Assembly: GCA_951406725.2 (NCBI GenBank)
Contig: OX597820.1
Span: 75,888,001 to 75,952,000, forward strand
Source of the DNA: Octopus vulgaris
Lineage: Eukaryota
DNA length: 64,000 bases
Direction of reading: 5' to 3'
Shown here: piece after piece, positions 14,360-27,990 of the stretch
How the letters are laid out: each line of letters opens with the position of its first letter
Position numbering within the stretch: the first letter of the stretch is position 1
The notes under the pieces: generated by a model
Databases searched by the model: none
Told to the model about the DNA's origin: nothing
The model's input: only the letters and a program-made list of their open reading frames with translations
Made by a program: the position numbers and the translations under genes

Positions 14360-14635
14360 GATGGTGATGATAACGGTGAATGTTTCAACGTTCATGGTGT
14401 TGACATTAGCAGATGAATGCTAATTGCTCGGAAGTTGGGATGATACAGATGACAAAGGGTGGCGGCGCGTTGGTGGTGGGTTTTAATTGTGGGTAATTGA
14501 TGGGTGAAGGGGAAAAGTTTAGTGCGATTTATTGGTAAGAAATGATAGCGCAGTAGTATATTAGTGAAGGGAATTATTGCTGATGTTGGTGTTGTTGACG
14601 TTATTGGTGCTGCAGTTGTTGTTTAACCTGAATTC

Positions 14636-14965
14636 AGACATGGTTGAAGAACCACTTTGTGATATCTGGCCCATGTGTTTTCTACTATAACCCTGGGCTG
14701 GTTAATGCCTTGTGAGTGACTATGATAGACGGAAACTGCGTGAAACCCCGTCTCATGTGTGTGTGTATCTGTGTTTGTCACCCCCACTGCTTGACAACCG
14801 GTGTTGGTATATTTATGTCCCTGTAACGTAGTGGTTGTGCAAAATAGACTGATAGAATGAATATCAGAATTAGCAATAAAGCGCGCTATTGATTTGCTCG
14901 ATGGAACTCTTTAAGACGGTTTCCTAGCATAGCCGCTATCCAATGACTGAAAACAGTATAAAAGA
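14636..14965 (+). mobile_element. SINE-B copy, degenerate
   Basis: ttctactataaccctgggc...gccttgtgagtg...cttgacaaccggtgttgg...aatgactgaaaacagtataaaag. Confidence 0.75.
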
Positions 14966-15816
14966 AGAACAATAAAAAAAAACATTTGATGATACTGTCT
15001 CAGAGATAATATGATCCGTTATGAGAGAGAAAGAGAGAGACAGAGATGAAGGGAGGGAGGGATTGAGGAAAGGAGATAAAGAGATTGGGAAAGAGAAAAG
15101 ATAGAAAGAGAGAGAGAGAGAGAAAGAAAAAAGACAGAGCGAAAGAGGGAAAGAGAAACATAAAGAGAAAAAAGAGACAAAGAAAGAGAGAAGGGGGAGA
15201 TAGTTGGGATAATACCATATGGAAAACCTTTTAACCGCAGGTATGTCTGATCGGTAGAGATTTAATATTAGACAAGACAAAAACAACTGCAACAACAACT
15301 ATAACAACAACAACAACAAAGACTTCATTCAAGTTATTTATACAAGTGAAAGAAACGAACGTTTTAGAGCTGCATTTCCCAAGCGCTTCTATAAAGTTGC
15401 ACCGAAAAAGTACTTGCTCTCTATTAGTAACTTGTCTTTTATTTGTAGCTTCTTTTCCCGTGCCATGCACAGGAAAGTACGTGACAGAAGAGGCAAATAA
15501 ATTTATTTTATATTATCTCATCTGACTGTAAAGTGGAAGGAAACATTTTAGATGGTAAAACTTGCAGCATTTCATCTTTAAAAAAAAAATGGAAATTGTG
15601 CAGTTATTTCTAAAATGCATACAGCATGATCTTGCTACCGTCACATTGAATTTATATTTTTAACGTTCGCACTCATTTGCGTGCGTATGCATGTGATGCG
15701 TGCATGTATGTCTGCATGTATCTGTGTGTGTATGTATGTGTATATATATATGTGTATATATGTTTGTGTATATATATATGTGTATATATGTTTGTGTATA
15801 TATCTATCTATCTATG

Positions 15817-15847
<31 letters not shown>

Positions 15848-15859
15848 ATATATTTGAAT

Positions 15860-16075
15860 TTTTTGCGTAATGAGATAAAAAAAATTCAAGTCTGTGTAGA
15901 TATCAGAACATATATAGAAAGAAGGTCTTACAGCTGTTTCCAGGGTATTTATTAATTATATTCCTTCATCGGAGGCGGTGTGAGAGGATGGTTAAGTAAT
16001 AGTTATTAGTTTATGTAGAATACAAAATAGAGAGTGAGGTGGGGGAAAGAAAATAGATGTAAGATATGTAGCGAC
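15860..16075 (-). mobile_element. PLE-like short element (family P2) with hammerhead motif at 15925-15976
   Basis: Reverse complement gcct-CCGATGA-AGGAATAT...ATACCCTG-GAAA-CAGCTG-TA-agac; homologous to 48385-48560 and 58179-58590. Confidence 0.6.
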
Positions 16076-16240
16076 GGAGCGCCACGATAGTTGGTTTCTT
16101 TGTATGCAGCGCATGCTTATTCATAGAGCACTAATTTAGAGGCAGACTATAGCAAAAATAAGCACAAATGAGTTTACCTCACACGCAAGAGTAATTTTTC
16201 CAGAGTCCATTTTTCTGGGTTAATACGATATAAGACAAAT

Positions 16241-16641
16241 GGCGGCGAGTTGGCAGAAACATTAGCACGCCGGGCGATATACTTAGCGGTATTTCGTCCG
16301 CCGCTACGTTCTGAGTTCAAATTAAGCCGAGGTCGACTTTGCCTTTCATCCTTTCGGGGTCGATTAAATAAGTACCAGTTAACGCACTGGAGTAGATATA
16401 ATCGATTTAATCCGTTTGTCTGTCCTTGTTTGTCCTCCCTGTGTTTAGTCCCTTGTGGGTAGTAAAGAAATAGGTATTTCGTCTGTCTTTATGCTCCGAG
16501 TTCAAATTCCGCCGAGATTGACTTTGCTTTTCAACCTTTCGAGACTGATAAATTAAGTACCAGTTGTATACTGAAGTCAATCTAATCGACTGGTTTCCTC
16601 TCCCCAAATTTCGGACCTTATGCCTAGAGTAGAAAAGATTA
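16241..16641 (+). mobile_element. SINE-A with two body units and a long target-site duplication
   Basis: tRNA-like head ggcggcgagttggcagaa with B-box gagttcaaat; core gcctttcatcctttcggggtcgat-aaataagtaccag twice; TSD taatacgatataagac(a/g)aatg at 16221 and 16642. Confidence 0.9.
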
Positions 16642-16992
16642 TAATACGATATAAGACGAATGATTCAGTTATGTGTGCGTGTGTGTGTGTATGTGAATGT
16701 GCGCGGGCTTGTGAATGCGCGCATGTGTGCGTGCTGTGTGTGTCCGTGCGTGTTGTGTATGTGTGTGTGTTTTGCAAGCTTATATCAGTTAACTTACGTT
16801 TACTAAAGCCACACATTCTTTGTTGAGTACGGTCAAAACTTTCTACATTTCTTGTCATAAATATTTGAAATTGTCTCCTAAATTCTAGGCTAACTGACCT
16901 TGCCCAGACAGCCACGATGTTCAGACTATCTGGGAGACAGTTCAGGAACCCGACCGTCTTCAAGAAGATGGATAGTTGTACAAAGAAACAGA

Positions 16993-17082
<90 letters not shown>

Positions 17083-17794
17083 GGTAAAGACAAGCAATAA
17101 GTAATGAACAAGAGGCAAACCAAGGAATAACTAAATTACTAAATAAATAAATAAATAAATAAAGGGCATAATGAGATTTTTGTCTGCGATAGTCTACAAA
17201 TTGATCTTGTCACCATTAAAGTCTCTGGAAATGGTTTTTATTTGTATCGTATTCACTGGCACTCAGACAAAATGAAAAAAAAAAAGGATGAATATAATAT
17301 AATTTTAAATAAGCACCCAAATCACACAATAAAGTAGTAAATATTGTAACAAGTTCTGTACATACATTCGAAATACGTACATACATACGTACGTACGTAC
17401 GTACGAACGAACGAACGAACATACATACATCAAAGCATTAGTTGAACATCAGCGCTCGCATAATTGATATGTCATTAACTGTTAGAGGAAATATGTGAAC
17501 CAGGCGATTTAATCTTAATTTATGTTACCTCATATAATGTTGAGGTGAGTTAACGAGGAATGGGTTGAATTCGACTACTACAGCAAATAGGGAATTTTAC
17601 TGGGTCAGTGATACTTAAATATCTACTGGGTCACTAGATATATATCTTTGGCGGGGGTGTTATTAGTAATGGAGTCTGACACACGCCAGAAAGAGACCGA
17701 GGAACTGGGAAAGAATAAAGTGAAAGAAGGCGAGTTAGGAGACAGAGGGGGATGGGTTACAGAACACAGGAAACGTGTGTTTGCGCGCGCTTGC

Positions 17795-17833
<39 letters not shown>

Positions 17834-17885
17834 AATACATACATACACACACACATATGTGCATATACATGAATACATGAATGTG

Positions 17886-17939
<54 letters not shown>

Positions 17940-18058
17940 TGTATATACGTATATATATGTGCGTGTATGTGTGTATGTTTTTATACATACATATAAATAT
18001 ACTAAGAGAGATAGTACACTTGCAGGGTCATGTATACATACACCAATATATATGTATG

Positions 18059-18122
<64 letters not shown>

Positions 18123-19183
18123 ACATATATATATACACACATAGATACACACACATACATATATATATAGTAAGTTTATATATGTATATACATACATATA
18201 TATATATATCTACACACGCACGTACATACATATATATATATATGTATACAAAACACGTACACACACATACACACACACACATTCACGCACTTATATATAT
18301 AGTACACAAGTACTTATTATGAAATGGGGCAAAGATAATTATTTTCGTTAAAGACTATATTTTAATTTTTCTTTTCTTTTTTTTTGTTTCCTTTCACTTC
18401 TAGTACATATATACATTATCCATTTTGCTTACACGACGGTAACCTAATATCTTGAGTAATTTCGAAGACATCTTTAAACGTGCCAAATTTTATAGTTCAG
18501 GTAATCTTCCGTGATAACCTCAGACTTGTCAAACATTTAAACTAAAGCAGTTCGTTTTCTAATCATAGCGAAAACAGTCACACGCTCATTGAAAAGTTAA
18601 TTTTCTCCAGTGACCCAGGAGACAATATAAACCATTTTTCCTTGGACTGCAGTCATTGTGTTCGTTGAACCGTTGTTGTCCTTGTTATTGCTATTGTTGT
18701 TGCACTTAACAATTATTATTATTATTATTATTATTATTATGTATTATATATTATTTATTTCCTTTTTTTGAGGTTCTTTATGTTGTTGTTGCCGATTTTC
18801 ATGTTCTTCAGAAAGGATAAGTAATTGAACGCTTAAGATACTAGTCGTAGTGCATATATGTATGTGTATATATGAGTGGCTGTGTGGTAAGTGGCTTGCT
18901 TACCAACCACACGGCTCCGGGTTCAGTCCTGGGCAAGTCATTTGACTGCGGCCATGCTGAAGTACTACCTTTAGTCGAACAAATCGACCTCAGGACTTAT
19001 TCTTAACTCCCAAAAAGAGAAATAAATAAATAAATAAATAAATAATAATAATAATGATAATAATAATAATAATAATAATAATAGTTAAGTGCAGCAACAA
19101 TAGCAATAATAATACTTATTCTATCGGAGTCATTGGCCGAACTGCTAAGTTACGGGGACGTAAACACACCAGCATATATAAAT

Positions 19184-19553
19184 TTCATCTTTTACTTGTT
19201 TCAGTCATTTGACTGCAGCCATATTAGTGCACCGCCTTGAAAGCGTTTTAGAGAAACAAATACGCCCCAGTTATTATTCTTTTGTTACGCCTGGTACTTA
19301 TGCTATCGGTCTTTTTTGCCGATCCGCTAATGTTATGGAACACAAACACATGAACACAGGTTGTCAAGCGATGGCGAGAGCCAAACACCGACAAACGTGC
19401 TTCTTTCAGTTGTTTTTCAAATCAACTCACAAGGCTTTAGTCATCCCGCGAAGCCATAGTAGAAGACACTTGCCCAAGGCGTCACGCAGTGGGACTGAAC
19501 CCGGAAACATGTGGTTGGGAAGGAAGCTTCTTCCCTCATAACCATGCCTGCGC

Positions 19554-19554
<1 letters not shown>
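19184..19554 (-). mobile_element. SINE-B near full length
   Basis: Head (A/B-box-like), ccttgggcaagtgtcttctacta core and cagtcaaatgactgaaacaagtaaaag tail all present on the minus strand. Confidence 0.85.
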
Positions 19555-19628
<74 letters not shown>

Positions 19629-19977
19629 TACACACATATACACATATATATACATGTATAAAATATATAAAGTATATTGCACCGGCGTTCACCCGTGCCA
19701 GATCATATTTAAGTCTCTAATTATAAAATAATTTTATATAATAGTATATTACCAGGTTCAAATAGGTGTCATGGCACAGAAACAAATGTTGTATTTTGTA
19801 ATTAAAAACTTTTCTTTTTCCTATCTCCACTTGTATAAAATCTTATATAAATTCTATACAGAGAGCTCCACATATTTAACCAGATCGGGAAATAGATTTA
19901 ATGTATAACGGCATACGAACCTTTAAGTGCAAGTTAAGAGGTTTGACTATAATCATGTATACTTGTTTATCTTACTC

Positions 19978-20020
<43 letters not shown>

Positions 20021-20061
20021 CATCTCTATCTATCTGTCCATATATACATATGTATGCGTGA

Positions 20062-20137
<76 letters not shown>

Positions 20138-20217
20138 GCATTATTGCTGTTAAAAACAGTAATAATGGGGTGGTTAGCAAGACTTTTACCTTAATAGTTA
20201 TAATATTAAATATCTGA

Positions 20218-20295
20218 ATAAAAGAGGGTAAAAATACCGCTTGCCAAAGCTTTCGTCTTCATCTTAGGCAAGCGGTATTTTTAACCTCCTTTTAT
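20218..20295. other. Long hairpin with a perfect 16-bp stem (about 30 bp imperfect) between (TA)n tracts
   Basis: aaaaataccgcttgcc (20230-20245) pairs with ggcaagcggtattttt (20267-20282). Confidence 0.85.
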
Positions 20296-20332
20296 ATATA
20301 TATATATTTATATATATATATATTTATATATG

Positions 20333-20389
<57 letters not shown>

Positions 20390-20961
20390 TTATATATATA
20401 CATATATATACATATATATAAATATATATACATACTTATATACATATATATATATATAAATACATGTATATATATATACATATATATATACATATATATA
20501 TACATATATATATACATGTATATATATATACATATATATATACATATATATATATAAATATATATATACATATATACAAATATATATACATGCATACATA
20601 TATATATATACACATACAAATATACATGTATGTATATATATATATACATATGCACATATATACATATAAGCATAGATGCACATACATACATATACGCACA
20701 CACGCGCATATATATGTGGACACATATATTTGTGCCTGTGCGTAGGTGTATATATATATATATATATATCCACATATGTCTGTATTTTTGAGTTTTCAAC
20801 TCGGATTTTTTTGTACGTATGTATATAGATATGTGTGCATATATATACATACATATATATATATGTGTGTGTATGTATATGCGCGTGTGCGTGCGGTGGG
20901 TGTGAGTGAGTGTATTTTTATTGAAGCATGTATATGTGCATACGAGCATAAATTATGTTAA

Positions 20962-21040
<79 letters not shown>

Positions 21041-21286
21041 TAATGTTTTATTTAGTACAACGTTAACACAGATAGTAAAGTAAATTACTACCAATAACAT
21101 CAATCAGTCTCACAAAAAGAGTAATGTTAAGTTGAAAATGTCATGATGTTATTTCTGTATGAAGAAAACGGTGGAATTCCAGTGATCCAAAAGGTCTTTG
21201 AGTAAAATGACCAACCATCTTATTTACATAATCATCCGATGACATTTACAGGAATCTTGCACAATGCGTCTGTGTGTGCGTGTGTG

Positions 21287-21372
<86 letters not shown>

Positions 21373-21710
21373 TGCATGAAAGCAACTATTCGGGGAGAGC
21401 TGCTATGCGTAAACGTTTGAAATATGATTGTGAGTACACATCTGTAGAAATTGAAAGAAGGCTTATAAGTTTATCTAATTAAATGCGGTGACACCTCACT
21501 ACAGGTCTCTCTATCTTCACCCCCTCTCTCCCTCGCTTTTTCTAGTATCATTCCGTCTACCTATTTGTTTACGCATGCCTTCACGTATACATGCACACAC
21601 ATGCACGAATACACACACACACACTCCCGAACATGCGTGTACAGACACATATATACTAGTATTAAGTATACTTAATATACTGTATACACGGCAATGAATA
21701 GATGAATAAT

Positions 21711-21867
<157 letters not shown>

Positions 21868-22380
21868 GTATCGGGTTATTAAGTTCACTAGCTAATCACT
21901 TACTCCAACGGCACTCTATATAGGTTATGTATGTGAAGCTCCAATCATGTTCATTGAAAATTCTTAACACCAAACAAAGTGCAGAGGCGTACCCTCATAT
22001 AGCACTATGCATACATACATACATACACACGTACATACATATATATATATACATACATACACACACGCACACTTTTACACACAGACACACACACACACAC
22101 ATACATACACATGCATAGATAGATAGATATGTAACCAGACGTCATAAATTCAGCATTGTTTATTTTATTTTTCCTTCTCATAGATAAAGTGCATTGTTTC
22201 TGTTATTGGTGCATGTATTTGCTTTCTCTGTTCACTTCTCCCATTGATGTTGTTTTGCTTTATATTTCTACACATTTTCAGAGTTTGCTTTTTGCCTGTT
22301 CAATATCATATATTATTTACTTGTTTGCCTACTCCTTCCCTCGTTATCTGACTCATTTTCCTGTTCTATCTATCTATCTG

Positions 22381-22437
<57 letters not shown>

Positions 22438-22454
22438 TTATCTATATGTCTGTC

Positions 22455-22820
22455 TATTTTGCCGAACCGCTAAGTTACCGGGACGTAAACACACCAGCAT
22501 CAGCTGTCATGCGATGGTGGGGGGACAAACACTGATTACAAACACACACACATACACACACAAGCACAAATATATATATATATATATGTATACGACAGGC
22601 TCCTTTCCGTTTCCATCTACCAAATTCACTCACAAGTCTTTATACGGCCCGAAGCTATAGTTGAAGACACTCATCTTTCCTTGCTTCAGTCATTAGACTG
22701 CCGCAATACTGAGACACTGCTTAAAGAATTGACCCTAGAACGCATTTTTTAAAAGCCTGGTATTTCGTTACAGACGCGTAAAGAAATCAAAACCGGTTGC
22801 TAAGCGGTAGCGGGGACTTT
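22455..22820 (-). mobile_element. Two adjacent SINE-B fragments
   Basis: ttttgccgaaccgctaagttac...ctatagttgaagacact, followed by a second tail ttcagtcattagactgccgc. Confidence 0.75.
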
Positions 22821-22828
22821 TCTTTAAA

Positions 22829-23421
22829 ATATTCTTTTCTACTCTAGGCAGAAGGCCCAAAATTTTGAGGAGGGGGCCAGTCGATCAGACCGAACCTAGT
22901 ACGCAACTGGTACTTAAGTTATCGACCCAGGCAAAGTCGAGCTCGACTGAATTTAAACTCAGAATGTAAAGACAGACGAAATACCGCTAAGCATTTCGAC
23001 TGGCGTGCTAACGTTTCTGCCAGCTTGCCACCTTTATATTCTTTTCTACTTTAGGTACAAGGCTCGAAATTTGTGGGGAGAGGACCAGTCGAATTGACCG
23101 ACCCCAGTACGCAACTGGTACTTAATTTATCGATTCCGAAAGGATGAAAAGTAAAGTCGAACACGGCGGAATTTGAACTCAGCACGTACAGACAGATGAA
23201 ATACCTATTTCTTTACTACCCACAAGGGGCTAAACACAGAGAGGACAAACGGATTAAGTCGATTAGATCGACCCCAGTACGTAACTGGTACTTATTTAAT
23301 CGAGCCCTAAAGGATGAAAGGCAAAGTCGACCTCGGCGGAATCTGAACTCAGAACGTAACGGCAGACGAAATACTGTTAAGCATTTCACCCGGCGTGCTA
23401 ACGTTTCTGCCAGCTCGCCGA
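22829..23421 (-). mobile_element. Tandem SINE-A copies (a monomer at 22829-23032 and a dimer at 23037-23421)
   Basis: Repeated reverse complements of the SINE-A head (gtttctgccagctcgcc), core and tail (attcttttctact). Confidence 0.9.
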
Positions 23422-23689
23422 CATTATATCCTTTAATATATTATATAATGACAATAAATTGATTTGATGTGTGTGTGTGCTTTATTGCATTTCTCTCGGA
23501 CTGTTAACTTCGAAAGCAAACAGCCTGTAATGACTAAAGATTTGGCAAAGAACTTCTGTATTTATTTCGAGTCATTCGAAAACATAATGTGTTTAATATA
23601 TCAGAAACTAATACCAAACGGAGAGGAATAAAGACATTAAACTCATCCCATGGGTATAATTATAGAATTAAAACGTGTGCATGACATGT

Positions 23690-23820
23690 TGATGTTGTTG
23701 TTGTTGGTGGTCGGGCCCTTCTTCTTCTTCTTCTTCTTCTTCTTACTATTATTATTATTTTTATCATCATCATCATCATAATCATCGTTATCGCCATTGT
23801 TGTTGTTGTTCTTATTGTTA

Positions 23821-23897
<77 letters not shown>

Positions 23898-23945
23898 TTA
23901 TCCATTATTATTATCCATACTGTTGTTATTAATGTAATACAATTA

Positions 23946-23994
<49 letters not shown>

Positions 23995-24157
23995 CATAAT
24001 TATTTTGTATCGCTATTATTGTTGTTTTCTTTGGGCTTGTTGTTATCGCTATCGTCATCATCATCATCATCACCATCATCACCACCACCACCGCCACCAC
24101 TTTTCATCTTTATTATTATTATCTTTATTATTATTGTTGTTGCTGTTGTTGTTGTTG

Positions 24158-24224
<67 letters not shown>

Positions 24225-24225
24225 A
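23690..24225. repeat. Compound (TTA/TCA/TTG/TTC)n tract
   Basis: Direct inspection. Confidence 0.95.
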
Positions 24226-24908
24226 AAGGTCAATTCTATTATGGGAGAGAAGCAACAACAGCACATTCGCTTGTGACATTAATTTAGTCACATGTGACCT
24301 ATTTCAAAAGCGGCAAGCTTGTGGGAAACATCTCTTAAGAAACGTACGTATTTCGCCAAATTTTGGTGAAATAGCATTAATTTCCATCCATTGTGTCTAC
24401 GGTGATTTTGCCTGTTATTGACAAAGACAGACGATAAGCTTGTATATGTGTGCGTATATAATGATATCAGCAGAAATACGCAAGATTTCAAACGTATATA
24501 TATATATATATATATAGTTAGATACAGAGAGAGAGAGAGAGAAAGAGAGATTGAGAATGAGTACTAATCGCACACATGTTCATATTAAACAGGTTAATCT
24601 CTCCTGTTTTCTCTTTCTCTCTCTCTCTCTCTCTGTCTTTCTCTTTCTCTGTCTTTCACTTTCTTCCTCACACACTCTAAATAAATGTTACTAACACAAA
24701 ACACACACACACACACACACATTTTGGTGTGTATGCATGTGTGTATTTGGTTGTGTGTTCGTTCGTATGATGTATGATTGTATGTATGCGTGTATGTGTG
24801 TATGTATTTTGATTGGCAATGATACATCTGAAGCATCACGTGTAAGTACGGTGTTGTGAATGTACGTGTGTGTGTGCGTGTGTGTCCCCATACATACGTG
24901 CATATGTA

Positions 24909-25032
<124 letters not shown>

Positions 25033-25494
25033 GATGGATAATTAGCTATGTGTGTGAATGTATATATATACATATATATGTGTGTGTGTATGTGTATGCT
25101 TAGACATGTATATGTATTATATATATATATATAGTCTGACTGCTAATGATGAATCTAAAAGAACATAAATGTATATGGATGATTGGTTGAGTGTGTGTTA
25201 AAGATTGTCTGATAAAGAATAATAAAGACACACACACACACACAGAGGCAGACAGTGTGTGTGTCTGTGTGTGTGTCTGTGTGTCTGTTACGAATGTCTA
25301 TCTTCGTTTATCTGAACGTACCAATGTTTCTTTTTTACATTGTTACAATATCTTTTTAAAAGCTAGTTTATTTTTCCCTTCCATACGCATTATAATTGAA
25401 AGCTATCGTATGTTTTATTATAACGTAGAGCGGAAAGCTGGTGCAATCGTCAGTACGCCTTCACCTTAGCACGTCTCCCAATTCGTTCTCCCAA

Positions 25495-25707
25495 TTGCAG
25501 CGTGGAAGGTATTTATAAGCCATTTAGGAAACACGAAAACCGTTAGATTCACTTCAAACATTTAATGCAGCACGGAATTTTGTTAGTGAACAGGTTGCGG
25601 TCTCAAAGCGATGAAAATATTTTGGAAAATTAAATTTAAATGTTGAAGTGAGTCTAACGGTTTTTGTGTGTTTCTTAAATGGCTTATAAACACCTTCCAG
25701 GCTGCAA
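25495..25707. mobile_element. Short element with about 70-bp inverted termini and an internal hammerhead-like fold (PLE inverted pseudo-LTR, or MITE)
   Basis: ttgcagcgtggaaggtatttataagccattt...ttcacttcaaacatttaa is mirrored at 25636-25707; the interior reads gtta-GTGAACA-gGTTGC..GCGAT-GAAA-ATAT-TT. Confidence 0.75.
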
Positions 25708-26367
25708 CATAGATCTAGACAAATCGAAAGGTGGAGATCGAAGTCCAATGACACGAAGCTTCGCCATCCTGCAATGTTTGGCGGATCTTCTATTAACTCG
25801 GCCAGTCACGCGGTCAAAAGCAGTTAACTCACTTTTAAATCACAACGTACAATCTTACATAAACGATGTAGATATTTGATAATGTGATGATAGACGCACA
25901 GTCATGAAAAGGGAAAACGAAAAGATAAATAAAAGCGAGATAGTTATGGGCGAAAACGCATCTGTTTGATTGGATATGATCCGGCGGTAAGATAACAAAA
26001 CATTACCAACGACGAAGACAACGACGGCAACGATTGCGATACTTTTTTATTTCTTGTGCAGCCTCTCCGTACCATAATGCTTATTTTTTTTTATTGCTTG
26101 GAAGAACCGAGCCATTTAAACGTCTTTGCTATAAGCAAATTGATACACTATTAAATCGACCAGGTGTAAGTCTCATTTCGGTTCCGAATCTGTGTATTTT
26201 CTTTACACCCTTTCAACAAACAACATGGCGTAGTGTGTCTAGCATCGACATAACTCACATATTCACGTATGCTTGAACAGATGCATGCGCTCATACGATT
26301 ACAAACATTTTCTCGCTCTATCTCTGTGTCCCTCTCTCTCACTCTCTCTTTCTCTCTCACTCTCTCT

Positions 26368-26445
<78 letters not shown>

Positions 26446-27021
26446 GCATATGTATGTATATGTATATATAAATACATACATAATCATGACACAACATTTA
26501 TATATCTCTTAAAAAAACACCAGTAAAGTGTGTCGTTTAAAAAAACTGATGAATCACGCCTGTTATTTATTTAACATTCTATATCAAGTTATTTAAAACA
26601 GAAGCAGAGACTTGTAATTTTTTTCTTATTATTAAAACCAACAAACCGACAAATTACAAACTTAGCATTACAAACCTTTTAGTACTACAAATTTGCAATA
26701 GTAGGACGCGTGCAACACACACACACACACACACATATGTATGTAAGTTATGTATGCATTTTTGCGTGTGGATATTTGATATGATTTCACTAAACCGTTT
26801 AATTCCGTACCATATTGCACAGCTCCAAATATCTTAAGTTATTATCTTTTGTCTTTCAGGATCACTGCCTCAAGGCATGTTTAGTCTAGAAAATCGATCC
26901 AAGTATTTACTGATATATTATCTGTCCATCGCTTTTGCCGAACCGCTAGACAATAAATTAAACAACCTAAAACACTAGTTCTCAAGGAGTAACCACAAAG
27001 ACACACACACATATATATATC

Positions 27022-27217
27022 GTAAATCCCAAAAAGAAGAGCAAACACAAAACAACAACAACGCCAGGACGTAGTACATGCAAAGTATTAGCAGATGCTT
27101 AGGGAGGTAACGAAAAGTGATTTAACGTTTCGAGCAAACGTTCTTCTTCGGAAACAGGAAATTCCAATAGAAAGAAAGACGGAGGAAGACAATCACCAGC
27201 GATTGACATGTACTTAC
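27022..27217 (-). mobile_element. PLE-like short element (family P3), hammerhead motif at 27120-27155
   Basis: Reverse complement gttt-CCGAAGA-A-GAAC-gttt-GCTC-GAAA-CG-TT-aaat; homologous along its length to 48585-48790. Confidence 0.65.
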
Positions 27218-27237
27218 ACACACATACACGCGCGCGC

Positions 27238-27285
<48 letters not shown>

Positions 27286-27374
27286 ACACCACACACACAC
27301 ACATGAGCATGTACATACATTTTTATTAATGACGAAAGCATGGAACTCTTCCATTCAGAATGTATGTGAGGAGA

Positions 27375-27701
27375 CCTGGTCATGAATGACCATGGGATTG
27401 CACCCAGAAAGTTCCCCTCCGAGGCACAAGTTCGGGCAAGGTTGTTTGTGGAAGACCAGCAATCTTCCATGCATACCAGCCTCTCCTCTCCACACCACTG
27501 ATGTTATCCAAGGGAAAGGCAAAGACCGATACAGCTTGGCACCAGTGATGTCACAACTCATTTCTACAGCTGAGTGAACTGGAGCAATGTGACATAAAGT
27601 ACTTTGCTCAAGAACGCAACTCGTGGCCCGGTCAGGGATTCGAACTCACAACCTCACGATCATAAGCTCGATGCTCTAACCACTGAGCCATGCGCCTTCA
27701 C
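27375..27701 (-). mobile_element. tRNA-derived SINE (family C, V-SINE-like central domain)
   Basis: Reverse complement has A-box TGGCTCAGTGG and B-box GTTCGAATCC, then ttcttgagcaaagtacttta...ctccagttcactcagctgtagaaatgagt. Confidence 0.85.
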
Positions 27702-27871
27702 TGAATGTATGCATACCTACATATATACATACATATATGCATACGTTTAAATGCATGCACGCACACACACATATATATAGACACGCGCACACACACATGT
27801 ATATACATATATATACGTATATAAGTGTATATATGTGTGTGTATGTGTGTGTGTGTGTGTGTGTGTTTGTG

Positions 27872-27990
27872 TATAGTTGAAATTTACAGAAGAACCAAAG
27901 ACGAAGACATGTGTATAAACAAGCTCGGGAATGTGAGAAAGTCTTTTACGTTTCGAGCCTACGCTCTTCAACAAAAAGGAACACGATGAA
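27872..27990 (-). mobile_element. PLE-like short element (family P1), hammerhead-like motif at 27942-27978
   Basis: Reverse complement TTGTTGA-A-GAGC-gtag-GCTC-GAAA-CG-TA-aaaga; homologous to 45944-46141. Confidence 0.7.

Noticed and set aside
27625-27700. Possible tRNA gene on the minus strand
   Set aside because: A and B boxes are present but the acceptor stem is not convincing and the sequence continues into a SINE body.
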